DNA from: the human T2T-CHM13v2.0 reference genome, Homo sapiens
Assembly (NCBI RefSeq): GCF_009914755.1
Contig: NC_060926.1
Length of the DNA stretch: 64,000 nucleotides
Direction: 5' to 3' (one strand)
The notes under the pieces were generated by a model, which saw only the letters and a program-made list of their open reading frames with translations, did not search any database and was not told where the DNA came from. Numbering within the stretch: the stretch's first letter is position 1; every line of letters begins with the position of its first letter. A program made the position numbers and the translations under genes. Below are positions 1-15,317 of the stretch, piece after piece.

Positions 1-550
1 TTGGGATTGTAGATAATTGTTTCCTTTGCTTATCTACAGTTTTTGTATTTTCTGCAGTAAACAGTTTTGTATTTTCTACAGTAAAGTTTTGTTTACTGTA
101 GAAAATAAAAGTTAAGTGTATGAAAGGGGCTGGATCTTTTAGGACCCAAAGTTACCCTTTGCCACAGGCACTATTGACAAACTATATATTAATCAGAACA
201 TACTCTGAATGACTGTAGGATACACAATTGGCAGATCCTAAACAAAGAATATTAAATATTTATATGAAGCCAGTGGGGAGGTGCATGCATGATGGGGAGG
301 CCTGTGGCCAGCAGTGGTGTTTTATGCTCACATAAAATGCGGAGGAGGGAAATTGTTTAGGAAGACGTGGAGAGGTGGGGTTGGGGGACAAGGGGAAGAA
401 ATATTTTATTCAGAAGGGGATTTGTATTTGACAGGATGGAGCTTGTTTATTGGAAGGACTTCCTAAGGTTTTACTGAATCCTGCTGTTTCCTTTTTAGAA
501 TGGAGATAACTCTGGGCTTGACTTCCCTGATTCCTCCCTTAACATCCTCA

Positions 551-955
<405 letters not shown>

Positions 956-3556
956 TTAGATGTATAGTCTGAGGGTACTAAGAAATTAGATACAGAGGAC
1001 AGCATTTCAAAATACCATCCACTTAAAAAAGCCCCAAAACATCCTTAATACTTCTTTTCAGTTTAAAAGTCATCTTCTTATGAAAAACATCTTGCATGTG
1101 ATGACTGGAGCATAATAGACTGTAAAATATACGTGTGGAATGAATAAATGAATGAGAGTGTGAATGAATGAATGCAGTTTAAAAGAATTATCAGTGTTTT
1201 GCAGACGGTTCTCTTCTGTCCATAAAAGTATACAGTGGATCATTACACTGTGGCCTCTGTAAATCAGACCCACATTTTTTGAGTTCCTACACTGTCTGAG
1301 GCCCCGTCTGCAGTTACATTCTCAGTAGAAATGAGAACACACATGCTGGATACCTGGACATGGGGATGGTGCATTTTGGGATTAATGTTAACATGGTGTG
1401 AACCACAGTCTCAAAGACTAGAGAAGCCAGTGTGGCTGTAGAGGCTGAGAAGATTTTGTAAGCAAGGTGAACTGGCCTCATAGGATTGGCAGGATTTGGG
1501 GGAGCCACTGGGAGACGGAAGAAACCCAGGGATGGGGTGGAGTGACCACAGGTGACCACAAACATCGGGTGAGAGGAGCGGAGCTGGGTCAGAGTGTCCA
1601 TGCGACACGGGAGTAAGACACGCCACTCCCTTTATTTTTCTAGGTTGGATCAAGCTCTTGGAGCTCTGGGGTTGGTGAGTAACGGAGCCCGGCCATGCAT
1701 TCTCGTGCTCCCACCCTCCCTAAGGTTGGCTCCAGATGGCCAAGGTCCATCATAGCCATGGCTATGGTGCTTTTGTCCAAGACTGGCCAGTCCAGCCAAG
1801 GAGTGTGGCCGCCTTCCCTCCAGCCACACAGCAGCTGCCCTTCAGCCACCTCTCCAGCACGACTCAGCACAGTCCACTGCGGTGGGCTTCGGTGCTCCTC
1901 TGTGTCCACCTCCTGACACTCTGCAGCTGTCGGAGCCTCCACTGAAGACACAGAGGGCTGCTTTCTCCCTGCTCCCACGGGCTCACTCAGCCTTTGCCTC
2001 TCTATCCTTCCCTTCCCCTTAGTGGTCAGGGATCCTTACCATCCGGGCTTCTGTGCATTTGCTGCTGAATCCTCCTAGAAAAGTTTTGCTGCTTCTCCTT
2101 GCCTTGCAGTTGATCACCTCCCCCTTGGAAGCCCTCTCTGGACCCACTGTCCCACACATCCCCTCTTGTCCTCATGAGATTAGATGCCTGCCCACCCACT
2201 TCCCGTCTGTTCCTTTGCCACATGGACGCCCCCAGGATCAGGAATTGTGGATGATTCAGCCCCGATTGTATCTGGAGCACCAAGCCAGAGTCAGGAGTGG
2301 AGGAGCTACTCTGCACCGTTTCTTAGATAATTCGCGGTACTTATAGCATAGAGCAGTGGAGAGGAGGAAATAAAATACCCTGAGCCAGGGATGTGGGGGA
2401 CGAGCCAGAACCCAGAGATGCTCCCAGGGAGGAGATGGTGCTGCCGGCAGCTCGTGTTTATTGAGCATTCACTGCAGCCACGTGCTCCTCCAGATACTTG
2501 AACCCTCCCTCCGCCAGGCAGGTCCCACCCTTGTCCTCCCTGTGCAGTTTAGGGAGCAGACACCAGCAGAAGCTTAGTCACAGCCCAAAGCTCCCATGCT
2601 GTGAGTGGCCCTGTGCCCGTCCATCTCCCAATCCTACCCTAGACAAGGCTGCGGGGACCTGCATGGGGTGCTGGTGGCAACTGGAGAGAGAGCAGGGCAT
2701 CGGGGGAGGAGGAACCCCTCACACAGGGAGCAGGTAGTGTAGGCCGCGGCAGGCATGTGTGGGGCCCCTCCAGTCTCGGCTTCTGATTCCCCCAGGAGGT
2801 GGAGTCCATGCTCAATGCACAGCAGGATGGGGCAGGTATGGGCAGGAGATTTGAGGGAGACGAGGTGGATAATTGCAATAATAGCTAGTGCTTACACAGA
2901 GAGTGAACACAGGCCCTGTTTGACCAAAACCATACCGTCCGTGCCTGTCATCTCAGGGTGACTGCAGGAGTCCCCTTCCCCCTCCTCATCCCTGGTGTGC
3001 ACGCTGGGTGCTGGGCCCTGCTCACAGCACTTCACATGCATGTTCCACGTCACCTTGCTCATCCACTCTGATCCACTGGCGCAAGGGCCTGTGTGGAGCG
3101 GGAAGGGTGGATGAGCTGTGTAGAGGACCCTCTCGAGGCTGCAGACCTTGGATGTGTAGTGGCCCGAGAGTGACCACAGCCCATAGTGGAAGGCTCAGCA
3201 CCACTTGGCCTACAGGTGGAATGGGGGGAGGCTGAAGGGACCCCAAGACAGGCTGCAAGCCCAGCAGGATGAGGACTTAGAAAGCAAAGGAAAAGAGGAA
3301 TTTAGAGATATCTCAAGCCCTGCCCTCTCCTGGCCTCTGGCTGGGTAGATGCTGGTAAAACCGACTGCAAGATGGATCCACAAACAGAACCACCATTTAT
3401 AGCATCTTTCCTGTTTTCAGATTATCCGTGGCTCTGATAAAATTAACAAGGTGGGGATTTGTTGGCAGCTCTGACTTCCTGTCTCCCATGTGCTGTGGCA
3501 AAGGCCGATCATTGCACATGTTGCAGATAGTTTTGTTTAACCCACAGTGGAGACAG

Positions 3557-3765
3557 TATATATATACGTATATATATATACACATATATATATATACATA
3601 TATATATATACACATATATATATACATATATATATACACATATATATATACATATATATATACACATATATATATACATATATATATACACATATATATA
3701 TACATATATATATACACATATATATATACATATATATATACACATATATATACATATATATACAC

Positions 3766-3796
<31 letters not shown>

Positions 3797-3879
3797 AATA
3801 TATACATATATATACACACACACAAATATATACATATATATACACACACATATATACATATATATATACACACACACAC

Positions 3880-3929
<50 letters not shown>
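3557..3929. repeat. Compound (TA)n/(CA)n microsatellite, about 370 bp
   Basis: Nearly uninterrupted TA/CA alternation, internal 26-bp period, ends in a pure (TA) run. Confidence 0.98.
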
Positions 3930-3933
<4 letters not shown>

Positions 3934-4631
3934 TTTTCCCCCCTAAAGAACAATGACTTTGACAGGAATGAGGTTGAACAAACATTTATTTATCGCCTGT
4001 TTTCATAGGGCAGATGGAGAAGCAGTTTTATGCTCAGGGAAAAGAACTGATTTTAAAAGCTTACGTATTGGGATATTGTTACCAAGTCCCACTCAATGCT
4101 ATGTTATTAACCAGATGGTAAATGTCTCATTTAAATGTCCTTTATTGAACATCTGGGGAAACTGTTTCTGAGCCATGTTTTTGCTCATTGCTCACTGTGA
4201 CGGGGGTGATTCTGTTGGAGTGGATGTTGTTGCTGTTAACCTGCAAGTGTTCCCGGTTCAGACCCCATCCTGTGGTTTAATCCATGTCTGCAGGATGACA
4301 ATGAGTTGCCATTTACGAGAAATGTAATCGCAGATTTTGGAGGCCCCAGCATTCCTTTCAATGTTTATAGTTTCTGGAAAAGAGGAAAATTTGTTCTGTA
4401 AATGTTGTGTATTCGTGTTACACATTGTAACTGCATTGCACGTGTGTGGCCCCGCTGAGGAGCATGGGCTATTTAGTTATGGCCACCGCTGAAGATTGGT
4501 GCCACTGATAGATGGCAAGTGACAGCAGGCAGAGGAGAGCGTGATTTTATGTGATTCTTTGAATTTTCTCATGTCATTTGCAGCAAAATATAAAATCCTG
4601 ACTACCAAATTTAAAACTACAAAGGAAAACA

Positions 4632-4950
4632 GGCAGGGCGCGGTGGCTCACGCCTGTAATTCCAGTATTTTGGGAGGCTGAGGTGGGCAGATCACTTGAG
4701 ATCAGGAGTTTGAAACTAGCCTGGTCAATGCGGTGAAACCCCATCTCTACTAAAAATACAAAAATTAGCCAGATGTGGTGGTGCACACCTGTAATCCCAG
4801 CTACTTGGGAGGCTGAGGCAGGAGAATTGCTTGAACCTGGGAAGTGAAGCAGAGGTTGCAGTGAGCTGAGATCGTGCCATTGCACTCCAGCCTGAGTGTC
4901 GCAGTGAGATTCCGTCTCAAATAAAAAACAACAACAACAACGACAAAAAC
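4632..4950 (+). mobile_element. Full-length Alu (AluS-type)
   Basis: GGCAGGGCGCGGTGGCTCACGCCTGTAAT...TTCCGTCTC followed by A-rich/(AAC)n tail. Confidence 0.97.
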
Positions 4951-5378
4951 AGTCCACGTTAAGACAGAATTCTTGTCAGTTGTGGAAAGAGAAATGCTCT
5001 CCTTCACCTATTTCTCTGTTGAGGCAGCCTGAGCATGCGACTGTCCTGTGACACACCTTCATTTCGGATGCTGTGCCCGGCCCCGGGCTCCCCACTTTTC
5101 CACGGTGGAATCCACATGTGCATTTTGTAGTCATGGCTTTTACTCACAATTTTCCCTCTAGATGCAAACGCGTCTCCATGAGGAAGAGCAAGGCTCCTGC
5201 AGGATGGAGATCAGATGGATCAGGGATCCCACAGACAGAACCTTTTGCCTGATATGAGCACCCTTGGGAGAGACCTCTTCACACAAATGTTCCTTGCAAG
5301 GAAAACACTCCTGCCTCACTTTCTTCAACCCAGCCATGACCTTTCTTGGTGAGAAACTGTAGGAAGAGTTGGATCTCT

Positions 5379-5380
<2 letters not shown>

Positions 5381-5420
<40 letters not shown>
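5381..5420. repeat. (TG)20 microsatellite
   Basis: Perfect TG run. Confidence 0.98.
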
Positions 5421-5421
<1 letters not shown>

Positions 5422-6699
5422 ATGGTCTGATATGAACTACGTAGCCTCTTCCTTCCGGGATCAGCTCCTCACTGTGTCCCCAGATGAGGCTTTAACCCCT
5501 GAGTGCCCTGGATGATGGTGCTGCTGCCCCCTGGCCCTGCTCACCTGGCCCCTTCCCTGGCTCTCTCTCTGCAGGGACAGGGTCACACCAGGGTTACAGC
5601 ATCTGCCTCCCAGCCTCCCAGCTGGCCAGCCCTTCTGCAGTGGCTCAGCCGCAGACCCCTCCTGCACACCACAGCCAAAAACGATTCTGCCAGGACTACA
5701 GCATCCCGTGAAACTGACGCTTAATGATGCAGAACTCCACGTTTCCTGTCGTCAACTTGTCATCATTTTCCTTCCCAGAACCCCCAGCACCTCTGACACC
5801 GACCTGGATCTCTACTCCAGAAACTCAAAACCCATTTTTGCCACACCGTCACGCTAGCTCTCCTTTGCTCCCCTAATCCAGGTCCCCGTTTCTCTGCACC
5901 TGTGCCCACCACCGGGAATCTCTCCTGTTAAGTCGCCTCCTCCATCCCGCCTTCTCCTGACCCCGTTGGCCCATGCGTCTTTGAACTTTTGCAGAATTTG
6001 CATCTGTAACAAATTACTTGCTATTTAATTATGTTCTGTCATATTATTCCTGTTGAATTTGGCTGAGAACCATGCGCTCCTTGAAAGCAGAAACTGTCTT
6101 TGTTGTTCTGTGTCCTGATTCAACCCACTAGCCCCAGAGCACGTCTGCAGGAAAGGCCTTCTAAGCTCAGGTCATCAAGCTCCTCCCAACTGCACTCTTT
6201 TACTTCTGTTTTTCCAAGTCGATCTTTTTTTAAAAAAAAACAAAAAACTTAAATGAATTCATTATTAAAAAAACTTTTTATCACCTCCAGAAATGGAAAA
6301 CTGTATCATTTGCCATCAGTAGAATTTGGCTGTAAAAGCAAATTCCATGTAAACAGAACAATGCTGTTGGGTCCTACTTCCTCAGTCTGAGACCTGCTCT
6401 TTCTCCCGTGGTCATGGAGACTCCAAGTTCTAAAGACATACTAGGAACAGAGAGCAGCTTTTATTGTATCCAGAAGAAGAGAGACAGAAAAAAACAGAAC
6501 CACCTGAAAAGTGAACAACTTCCTCACTCTGTGATTGGCAGTTGTTGAATCCAGTGAACAGGCACCACCAAAGATCACCCTCAGCCCACACCTCAGGACC
6601 CTCTGGTACAGACTCCAAAATCTACCACTTACTGTGTGAGTTCCAAGTAACAAACTCTGAGTATTATCTTATTTAACTCACTCTGGGGTGAGTTCTCTA

Positions 6700-6810
6700 A
6701 GGAAGAACCCATTATTATCCCGCTTTCCAGATGAGGAAACTGAACATAGCAGGAGAAAGAAGCTTGACCACAACCACACAGTAGTAAGTGACTAAGTCAG
6801 GACCCAGTGA
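6700..6810 (-). mobile_element. MIR fragment
   Basis: CAGATGAGGAAACTGA core in antisense orientation. Confidence 0.7.
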
Positions 6811-7260
6811 GGATAAACAGTCATCCTAAGTTTTATAAGACAGAAAATTTAATTACAGGGACTTCCTAGATGGTAGAAGAGCCAAAACGTCAGACAAGGG
6901 ACATTGAGGCAACCCTGGTGTCCACAGCATCAGGAAGTGGCTACCACCTCTCAGATGCACAAGGAAGGAGGCAGTTATCAGAGCCCAGGAATCAGACTCA
7001 CTGAAGGGAAGCTAGAACCAGGGTGGGTCTCTGTGGCAGGAGCTGGCTTGTAGAAGGAAAGAGCCTCCAGGCAAGACAGCCCAACAAACAGAGTCAAGAA
7101 GCCCACCCAGACTCCTGTACACACCCATGTCCCTCCAGGCTTCCCATTGGTCCAACCCAGTCAGAAGCCAGAGACACAGGAACCCGGGGCTCATAGCCTG
7201 CAGAGGCCAGACCCCCCATGATACAGGGCAGAGCAGGGGTGGATGGGAGGAGGGGGATGC
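6810..7260 (-). mobile_element. Old MaLR LTR (MLT1N2/MLT1M-like)
   Basis: CCCATTGGTCCAACCCAGTCAGAAGCCAGAG...GGGCAGAGCAGGGGTGG resembles recalled MLT1 consensus; boundaries approximate. Confidence 0.55.
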
Positions 7261-10200
7261 TTTGAGACCACCAGGCACAGGCTCACCCAGGTGGTCTTAT
7301 TCTGGGGTCTTTTCACTCACACAAACCATGTTGTAGTTGACTATTGGATTTCATGAGATAAGAGTTCATGTGTGTTCTTCCCCATTCCAAGAAGAGGTGG
7401 GCTCTTCCTACTTCCTAGCTACCTGCAGCTACCTGGAGCTTTCTTCTAACATCTAGGGAGTCCCTGTAAGTAAATTTTCTGTTTTAAAACTGTTTAAAGT
7501 TGTCTGAAGACAATTTTTCCTCCACTCTTTTAAGCCCATTGAAAAGGTAGTGCAAAGTTTCCCGGAGTAAGAGAGGTGAAGGGGAAGTGGAATTGTGTTT
7601 CTTGGATTGAGAACAGATCTGAGGTTCACGGAGCCTGTGGGCAGGGGTTACCTGCGTCTTGCTCCCTGTCTGCATCCCCAGGAGGAGGCCAGGCCTCCTC
7701 AGCACCCGTGAGTACATTTAAAAGGCTGAGGTCTCGGCATCAGACACTCTGTCTTGTCCAAGGCTCCCAGCTCCACAGGAGCATAGGGCAGAAAGCTGCC
7801 AGACCACACACATAATGGTGGAATGTCTAAGGCCCTTCTCCGGAGGGGGCAAGAGGAAGCCTCGAAAGATGGGGAAGGGCCAGTAGCCATGAGGCTCAGT
7901 CCTCTCCTGCCTGGTGGGTGGGACCTGTGGAGTCAGAGTCAGGCTAATTTGAAGAAAATGAAGACGGGCTATTTCTCACCCATCTGATCATGGGGGCTAA
8001 AATTCTCAACTGGAGGTAATGTGGAAAATGGGGGGGATGACATGAGGTCAGTTCCCCAATCTCTGCCAACCTGAGGGGCTTGTTTGAGTCTTGATGGCCA
8101 GAGATTGATGGGTGTGAGTTCATGGAACACTCATGAGACCCTGAGCAGAAAGCAGACCACCACCTTGGCCAGGTGTGTGCACAAAGCAAAACAAGACAGT
8201 TGGCTCATCCTATACAACTCCTCCTACCCAGGGCAGGACTGCAGCCGAGGGAGTGGTAAGTGAGAAGCTGAAGAGGTGGAGCCTTGACCTGACCATGGGA
8301 GGCTGTGGGTGAGCAGGACAAAAGCCTCATTACCCTGAGAGCACAGGTAATAAAGTCCTTGTGATCTCCCCTGCCTAGGGAAGAGCTGGACACGTGGGAT
8401 CAGTTGGATGGTTAAAAATTGAAGAAGCACTTTTCTCTTCTAATTATTTCTTTTGACAACCAACTTTAGGCTGCAGGCAGGTCCCCATGTCTGTTTCTTT
8501 TGTTATTCAGTTCAGCGAGCCAAGAAAACATGAGTTTCTTGCCCTGAAAATCCAAGCTGTACCATTTCCAAAGAAGCAGTCATCAGAAAAGAATAGGGTC
8601 TCTTAGGAGTTTAATTCCAGTGTCCAGAGCAAAGAAACATGTTGTCAGCTTGCACCTTGTTGAATAAACACCTTCTGGGTCACAGACTACTTTCCCACTG
8701 AAGCCAACCTCCTTCTGAATTTCCTGGAAGGGTCTTGGCCATGAACCTCAGTAGCACTTATTTCAGAAGGTGACCCAGGTACCAGGACAAGGCCCTTGAA
8801 TCCCTGAGGGTGGTGATGAGCACACAGTGCCGCTGGTCCCCTGGCGCTGTCTGTCTGTCTGAGTTCCTCCTCGGTATGTGCCAACCTGACCTGCCCTAAC
8901 AGGCTTACCCAGCCCTGGGTTACCCTACCTTGGAGAAATAGAAGGAATTTGGGGGATGATTCTTATGACTTGGGCAATGATGAAGAGTGGCGGGAGCCCT
9001 TGACATTGTATCTCCTGGAGTGACGTTCTTAGACTTTTCAGAATGGAAGTGAAATGCTCAGCAGTGAGCAGAAACCACCCACGTTTTGATTTTAAGATGG
9101 TCCATCTCATTTGACAGCACTCCACTGACCCATTGGGCAATTTCTTGGAAATGTCCCAATTCTCGGAAACTCTGGGTAATTGTGCTTACAAAGCCAATGC
9201 AAAGAAATTACTGGGAATCCCAGGCCTGTACAGGAAAATAAGATACTGTTGCTGGCCTCTTATAAGGACCAGTCGTTATAGGGACACGGTCGTACGTGGA
9301 GGCCCTGGAACTGCCCTTGTAGTTTCTGTGAACCTTCATCTGCCTTAAGACCCTTGAATAAAATTTGTTCTTTGCACTTTTAAAACCAATAAGGGCTTTT
9401 GTTGCTGGGAAGAGGAAAGCCAATTTGTTGGGGAAGAATTATTCAGAACTGTCTCCCAGGCCTTGGGGGATAAAGGAAGAGCATTTGCAATTTGAACAGA
9501 AGGCACTGAAAGGCCGCCTTTTAGACTCTGAGATGTGAGAGGGTGATGCACTCTCAGTCTGCCCTCCATTTGCATTTTAACTGCCAGGCAAAGCCATTGT
9601 GAACAGGAAGGGCCCCGCCCCTGCACACACTGTCCAGGCAGCTGGACACTCTGCCCCATTGTTGGCAGGTGTTTCTGAAGGGCACCGTGGGTTCAATGCT
9701 CTTGTTTCAGTTTCTTTTGGTATGTTAACATCTCCTCTTTTTGAAAGAATTTGGTCTATTATTTGACTCATGCAAATAGAGAAATAGAATTCCAAACCAT
9801 TAGCCTACTTATTAAATATTTATAATAAGTAGCTGGGATGAAAATACCTGTTCTATAGGTATGTCACGTGGGGACAGATAAACCAAGACCTGCAAATACT
9901 TTTATATACTCCATATAAAAGGACCCACAAATGCTATTGAATGATGGTAGAAATTGCTATTTATGTTCTGCACATTGAGGACCATTGAAGCCAATCTCCG
10001 ATGATGCTCAGCTGTCATGAGTCAGCTCACAGAATCCCACTTAAAAGACAGAACTGTAGAAAGAGGTTTCAGTAAAGTACACGGACTTTCCATCCAGAAA
10101 ATCCCATTTCATCAACGATTGTCTTGCATAGAATCACAGAAAAGAAGTGTTAAGAAAAGGATACCCACAACTTAGAAATAAGGCAAAAAAAGTATTGTGC

Positions 10201-10453
10201 CCTCTTTCAATGTCACTAAGCAGTGTCTAACAATCTAACAAGCCCATGTAAGGTGCATCTGAAGCTCTAAAATAATTATTTTAAAATTTGATCTAATACT
10301 TACAATTGACATGGCAGTCAAACAATGTAGAGGAAGGATAAGTTGCAAATTGTTTCTGTCCAGTAGAAAACTTAATCAAGTCAAATGTTATGAATTAATT
10401 GATTATTTTTGACCCATGGGGCATTGCCAGTTTTGTTTCTAACTTTGCAGTCT

Positions 10454-11186
10454 TGTAACTGCCCAGTGGGTTCACCTTGCCCACTGCCTCGACAGAGCCA
10501 ATTTATCAAGACAGGGGAATTGCAATGGGCGAAGGGTAGTTCACACAGAACTGGCTGTGCAGGAGACCAGAGTTGTGTTGTTACTCAAATCAGCCTCTCC
10601 AAGCATTCGGGGATCAGAGTTTTTAAAGATAATTTGGCAGGCAGGGGCTTGGGAAGTGGGGAGTACTGATTGGTCAGGTTGGAGATGGAATCATAGAGGG
10701 TCAAAGTGAGTTTTTCTTGCATCTTCTGTTCCTGGGTGGGATGGCAGAACTGGTTGATCCAGATTACGGGTCTGGGTGGTGTCAGCTGATCCATCCAGTG
10801 CAGGGTCTGCAAAATATCTCAAGCACTGATCTTAGGTTTTATAATAGTGATGTTATCCCCAGAAGCAATGTGGGGAGGGTCAGACTCTTGGAGTCAGAGG
10901 CTGCAGGACCCCTAAACTGTAATTTCTAATCTCGTAGTTAATTTGTTGGTCCTGCAAAGGCAGACTGGTCCCCAGGCAAGAAGGCGGTCTTTTCGGGAAA
11001 GGGCTATTATCAATTTTTTTGTTTCAGAGTCAAACCACGAACAAATTCCTTCCCAAAGTTAGTTCGGCCTACACCCAGGAATGAACAAGGACAGCTTAAA
11101 GGTTAGAAGCAAGATGGGGTCGGTTAGGTCTGATCTCCTTCACTGTCATAATCTCCTCGGTTATAATTTTTGCAAAGGCGGTTTCA
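10454..11186 (-). mobile_element. ERV1 solo LTR, LTR8 family (LTR8/8A/8B)
   Basis: Minus strand begins TGAAACCGCCTTTGCAAAA and ends GGGCAGTTACA; about 730 bp with TG...CA termini. Confidence 0.88.
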
Positions 11187-12574
11187 AGCTTACTCTTCAT
11201 TTTTCCCCGTTGATCATATATGCTAGTCTCTTCCTTAGAACCCACTTTCATCCTGCCTGTTCCCTCATGCAGGAGTTAAATATACCTTCAGAACATGGTC
11301 ACTAGGTGTGTGTATGAGTTATGCTTTATAAACTTCAGAAAATTATACTCCGAAGGCTGTCTGGCAAAGTGTTTAGAAAATAGTGATACTCTTGATGCTA
11401 GATTTATAGCAACAGGTCCTAACTAGAGAACAAGATTTTATGCATATCCCAACTGCCCCTCGGTGTGGAAAATGAGGGGATGGGGCCGTCAATCCCCCAA
11501 TCTGTGTCCAAGGGGATTGTGAAAAGCCACCCACGAGGTGTCAACACATCCTTCATGATAGAGCAGCCATTACAGCATGAACATTGTACACACATTCAAA
11601 AATATTTTATGGGTAGCAGCTGAAAGAAATATTATTTCTCTTTTTTGAATGAGAGTGAAATCATAGCTGGTCCTCCTGAGTTGTTCACGGAGTAATTCTT
11701 TAGTCATGGTCTCTCACTGTCCTTTCCTCTTGAACTTCTGTTATCCTAGAAGACAAACCAAACAGTACATAGAAAGATAGCACAATGAAGAACCCTGCTT
11801 CAGACCTCTTCTACAGGGAGCTTGACATTTTTTCCAGGAAACTCAGCTTGTTTGTAGTGGCAGATATCAACGGGAGAGCCCCGGGAGCACAGTGGCTGTA
11901 GGAAAGGAAGCCGTGCTGCCCCGCGTCCTTTCAAAGCTCCCACGAAGACCTCGAGAGCTTTTCCCAGGGTTGTTCGGCTTATCTACCAGAGCTGTATTAT
12001 TTATAGGGTCAGAGAAAGTCAAAGTATTATGAGTGTTCGTAGATCAAACAGAGCCTCCTAAATGCTCACTTCCCAAGATTCACTTGGAAACATCTGGGGT
12101 GTTTTCTGTACAAAGTGTTGGCTACTTACAAGTTTAGTAGCCTTGTGATAAGTAAGATATATCTTCTCCTCTGAACTCTTCTAGAAGATGGTGGGAAAAG
12201 ATAGGGAGCTACCATCTCCCTAGAGACATACAATTATTCCGGCCAGCTTAGGTGACTGAGACAAGCAATGCATTGCAATGAATTGCAGAGACTGAATGGC
12301 CAGGCTAACCAAAATGCACATCATACTGAAACAACACACTTCAGGAGATATCTGATGTTCCAGTTATGTCTTTGGATTAAGGAATAATGGCTCCAGAAAA
12401 GCCTACTGGAAATAGAATATGTTGTTTGAGAGGGACAGCTTATTAGCTGATCAGTGCTTATGAATTAGAGAAAAGGGCACAGAGGAAAGAAGTCAAAGTG
12501 GGAAGAGTGTTCAAGAGACCTCTAAGTGGTGGAGAGCAGCCCAAGCAAGGGCTTTCTTTCTGTTGCTATGATTG

Positions 12575-13757
<1,183 letters not shown>

Positions 13758-13954
13758 ACTGGGGATAGAGACAGCGCTAGGCGATGGCTGGCAGGATGGC
13801 CATGGGAAGACAGGGAAGAAAATCTTATTTTCCAATTTTATCAAAACGCTTTCAGTTTCACAAAAAAATTTTCTTATTTTTACAATCTCTGATGATTAAA
13901 TCTCTGTCTCTCTCTCTCTGTCTCTCTCTCTCTCTTTCAAGGAGCCCTTATAGC

Positions 13955-14160
13955 TTCAGTCATCATGGGAGGGGCTTTGAAGTTAAAAAGGTTCAAATGC
14001 CAGTTTTGCCTCTTCCTAGCTGTGAAACAGCAGCTAATTCACTGAACCTCTCCAGTCTGTTTCTTCATCTGTCAAGTGGAGGCAAGAGAGCTTTGTCCAT
14101 GGGGTTTGGTGAGAATTGCATGTACCTGGCATGTGAGTGCTCAGTGAGTGCTGGGAAGTG
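13955..14160 (+). mobile_element. MIR
   Basis: GGTTCAAATGCCAG...CTAGCTGTG...GTTTCTTCATCTGT...CCTGGCATGTGAGTGCTCAG. Confidence 0.7.
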
Positions 14161-14807
14161 GCGTTTAGTTGCATCGACCTACTAAAAAAAGCATCCAGAT
14201 GTTTATTGAGAGATGCAACCTGACATTTCAGATAGGCTCAATCTTTGTATTATTAGAGCTTGTAAATAAAGAATCCTTGTCTACTACTAATGCTTCCACT
14301 GGAAAGGGTATATGGTTATTATTGGCAGTGACAATGGTAGATTCCACCCAAAAGCAAACTTCAAGCACAGTGCATGGCATAGAGCAGAAGCTCCATAGAT
14401 GTTCGCTCCACCTTTGACAGCATGTTTCGTATCTTCAGCCAGAACGCCAGCTGTGGATAGTCAACAACCCTCAGAAAATACCAATTACATGAAGTGCCGA
14501 CAGGAATCTATGAGATGCCCCATAAAGCTGAGGGCTCTAGGCAGTGGATTAGGGGAAATCAAGGGAGGTAGGCATCTGATTTAATAAACAGAGTACAGCA
14601 AAGGGGGAAATCTTTCTCTAATGCTAGTTGAAAATAAATTTTCCTCTGATGACTTAGATTGCCTTTTTCTTCTGGCTTTAATGATCTCTAAGCTATTGCT
14701 TAAAACAAAAAAAATGCTCTAGATGACATTAAACTCCTACAAATGTATATAAAAATGAGCATTTATGAAATCACAAATCTTGTGAAATGTACCTATTTAA
14801 ATCCTCA

Positions 14808-15317
<510 letters not shown>

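Noticed and set aside
1751-1792. Palindromes CATAGCCATGGCTATG and GACTGGCCAGTC
   Set aside because: About one 16-bp palindrome is expected by chance in 64 kb
1411-1978. Minus-strand ORFs with faint resemblance to bHLH (ID/HEY) fragments
   Set aside because: Only a few residues match, with no poly(A) or TSD; a processed pseudogene cannot be supported without a tblastx hit
3397-4008. Long Tyr/Ile/His-rich ORFs
   Set aside because: Artefacts of the TA/CA microsatellite
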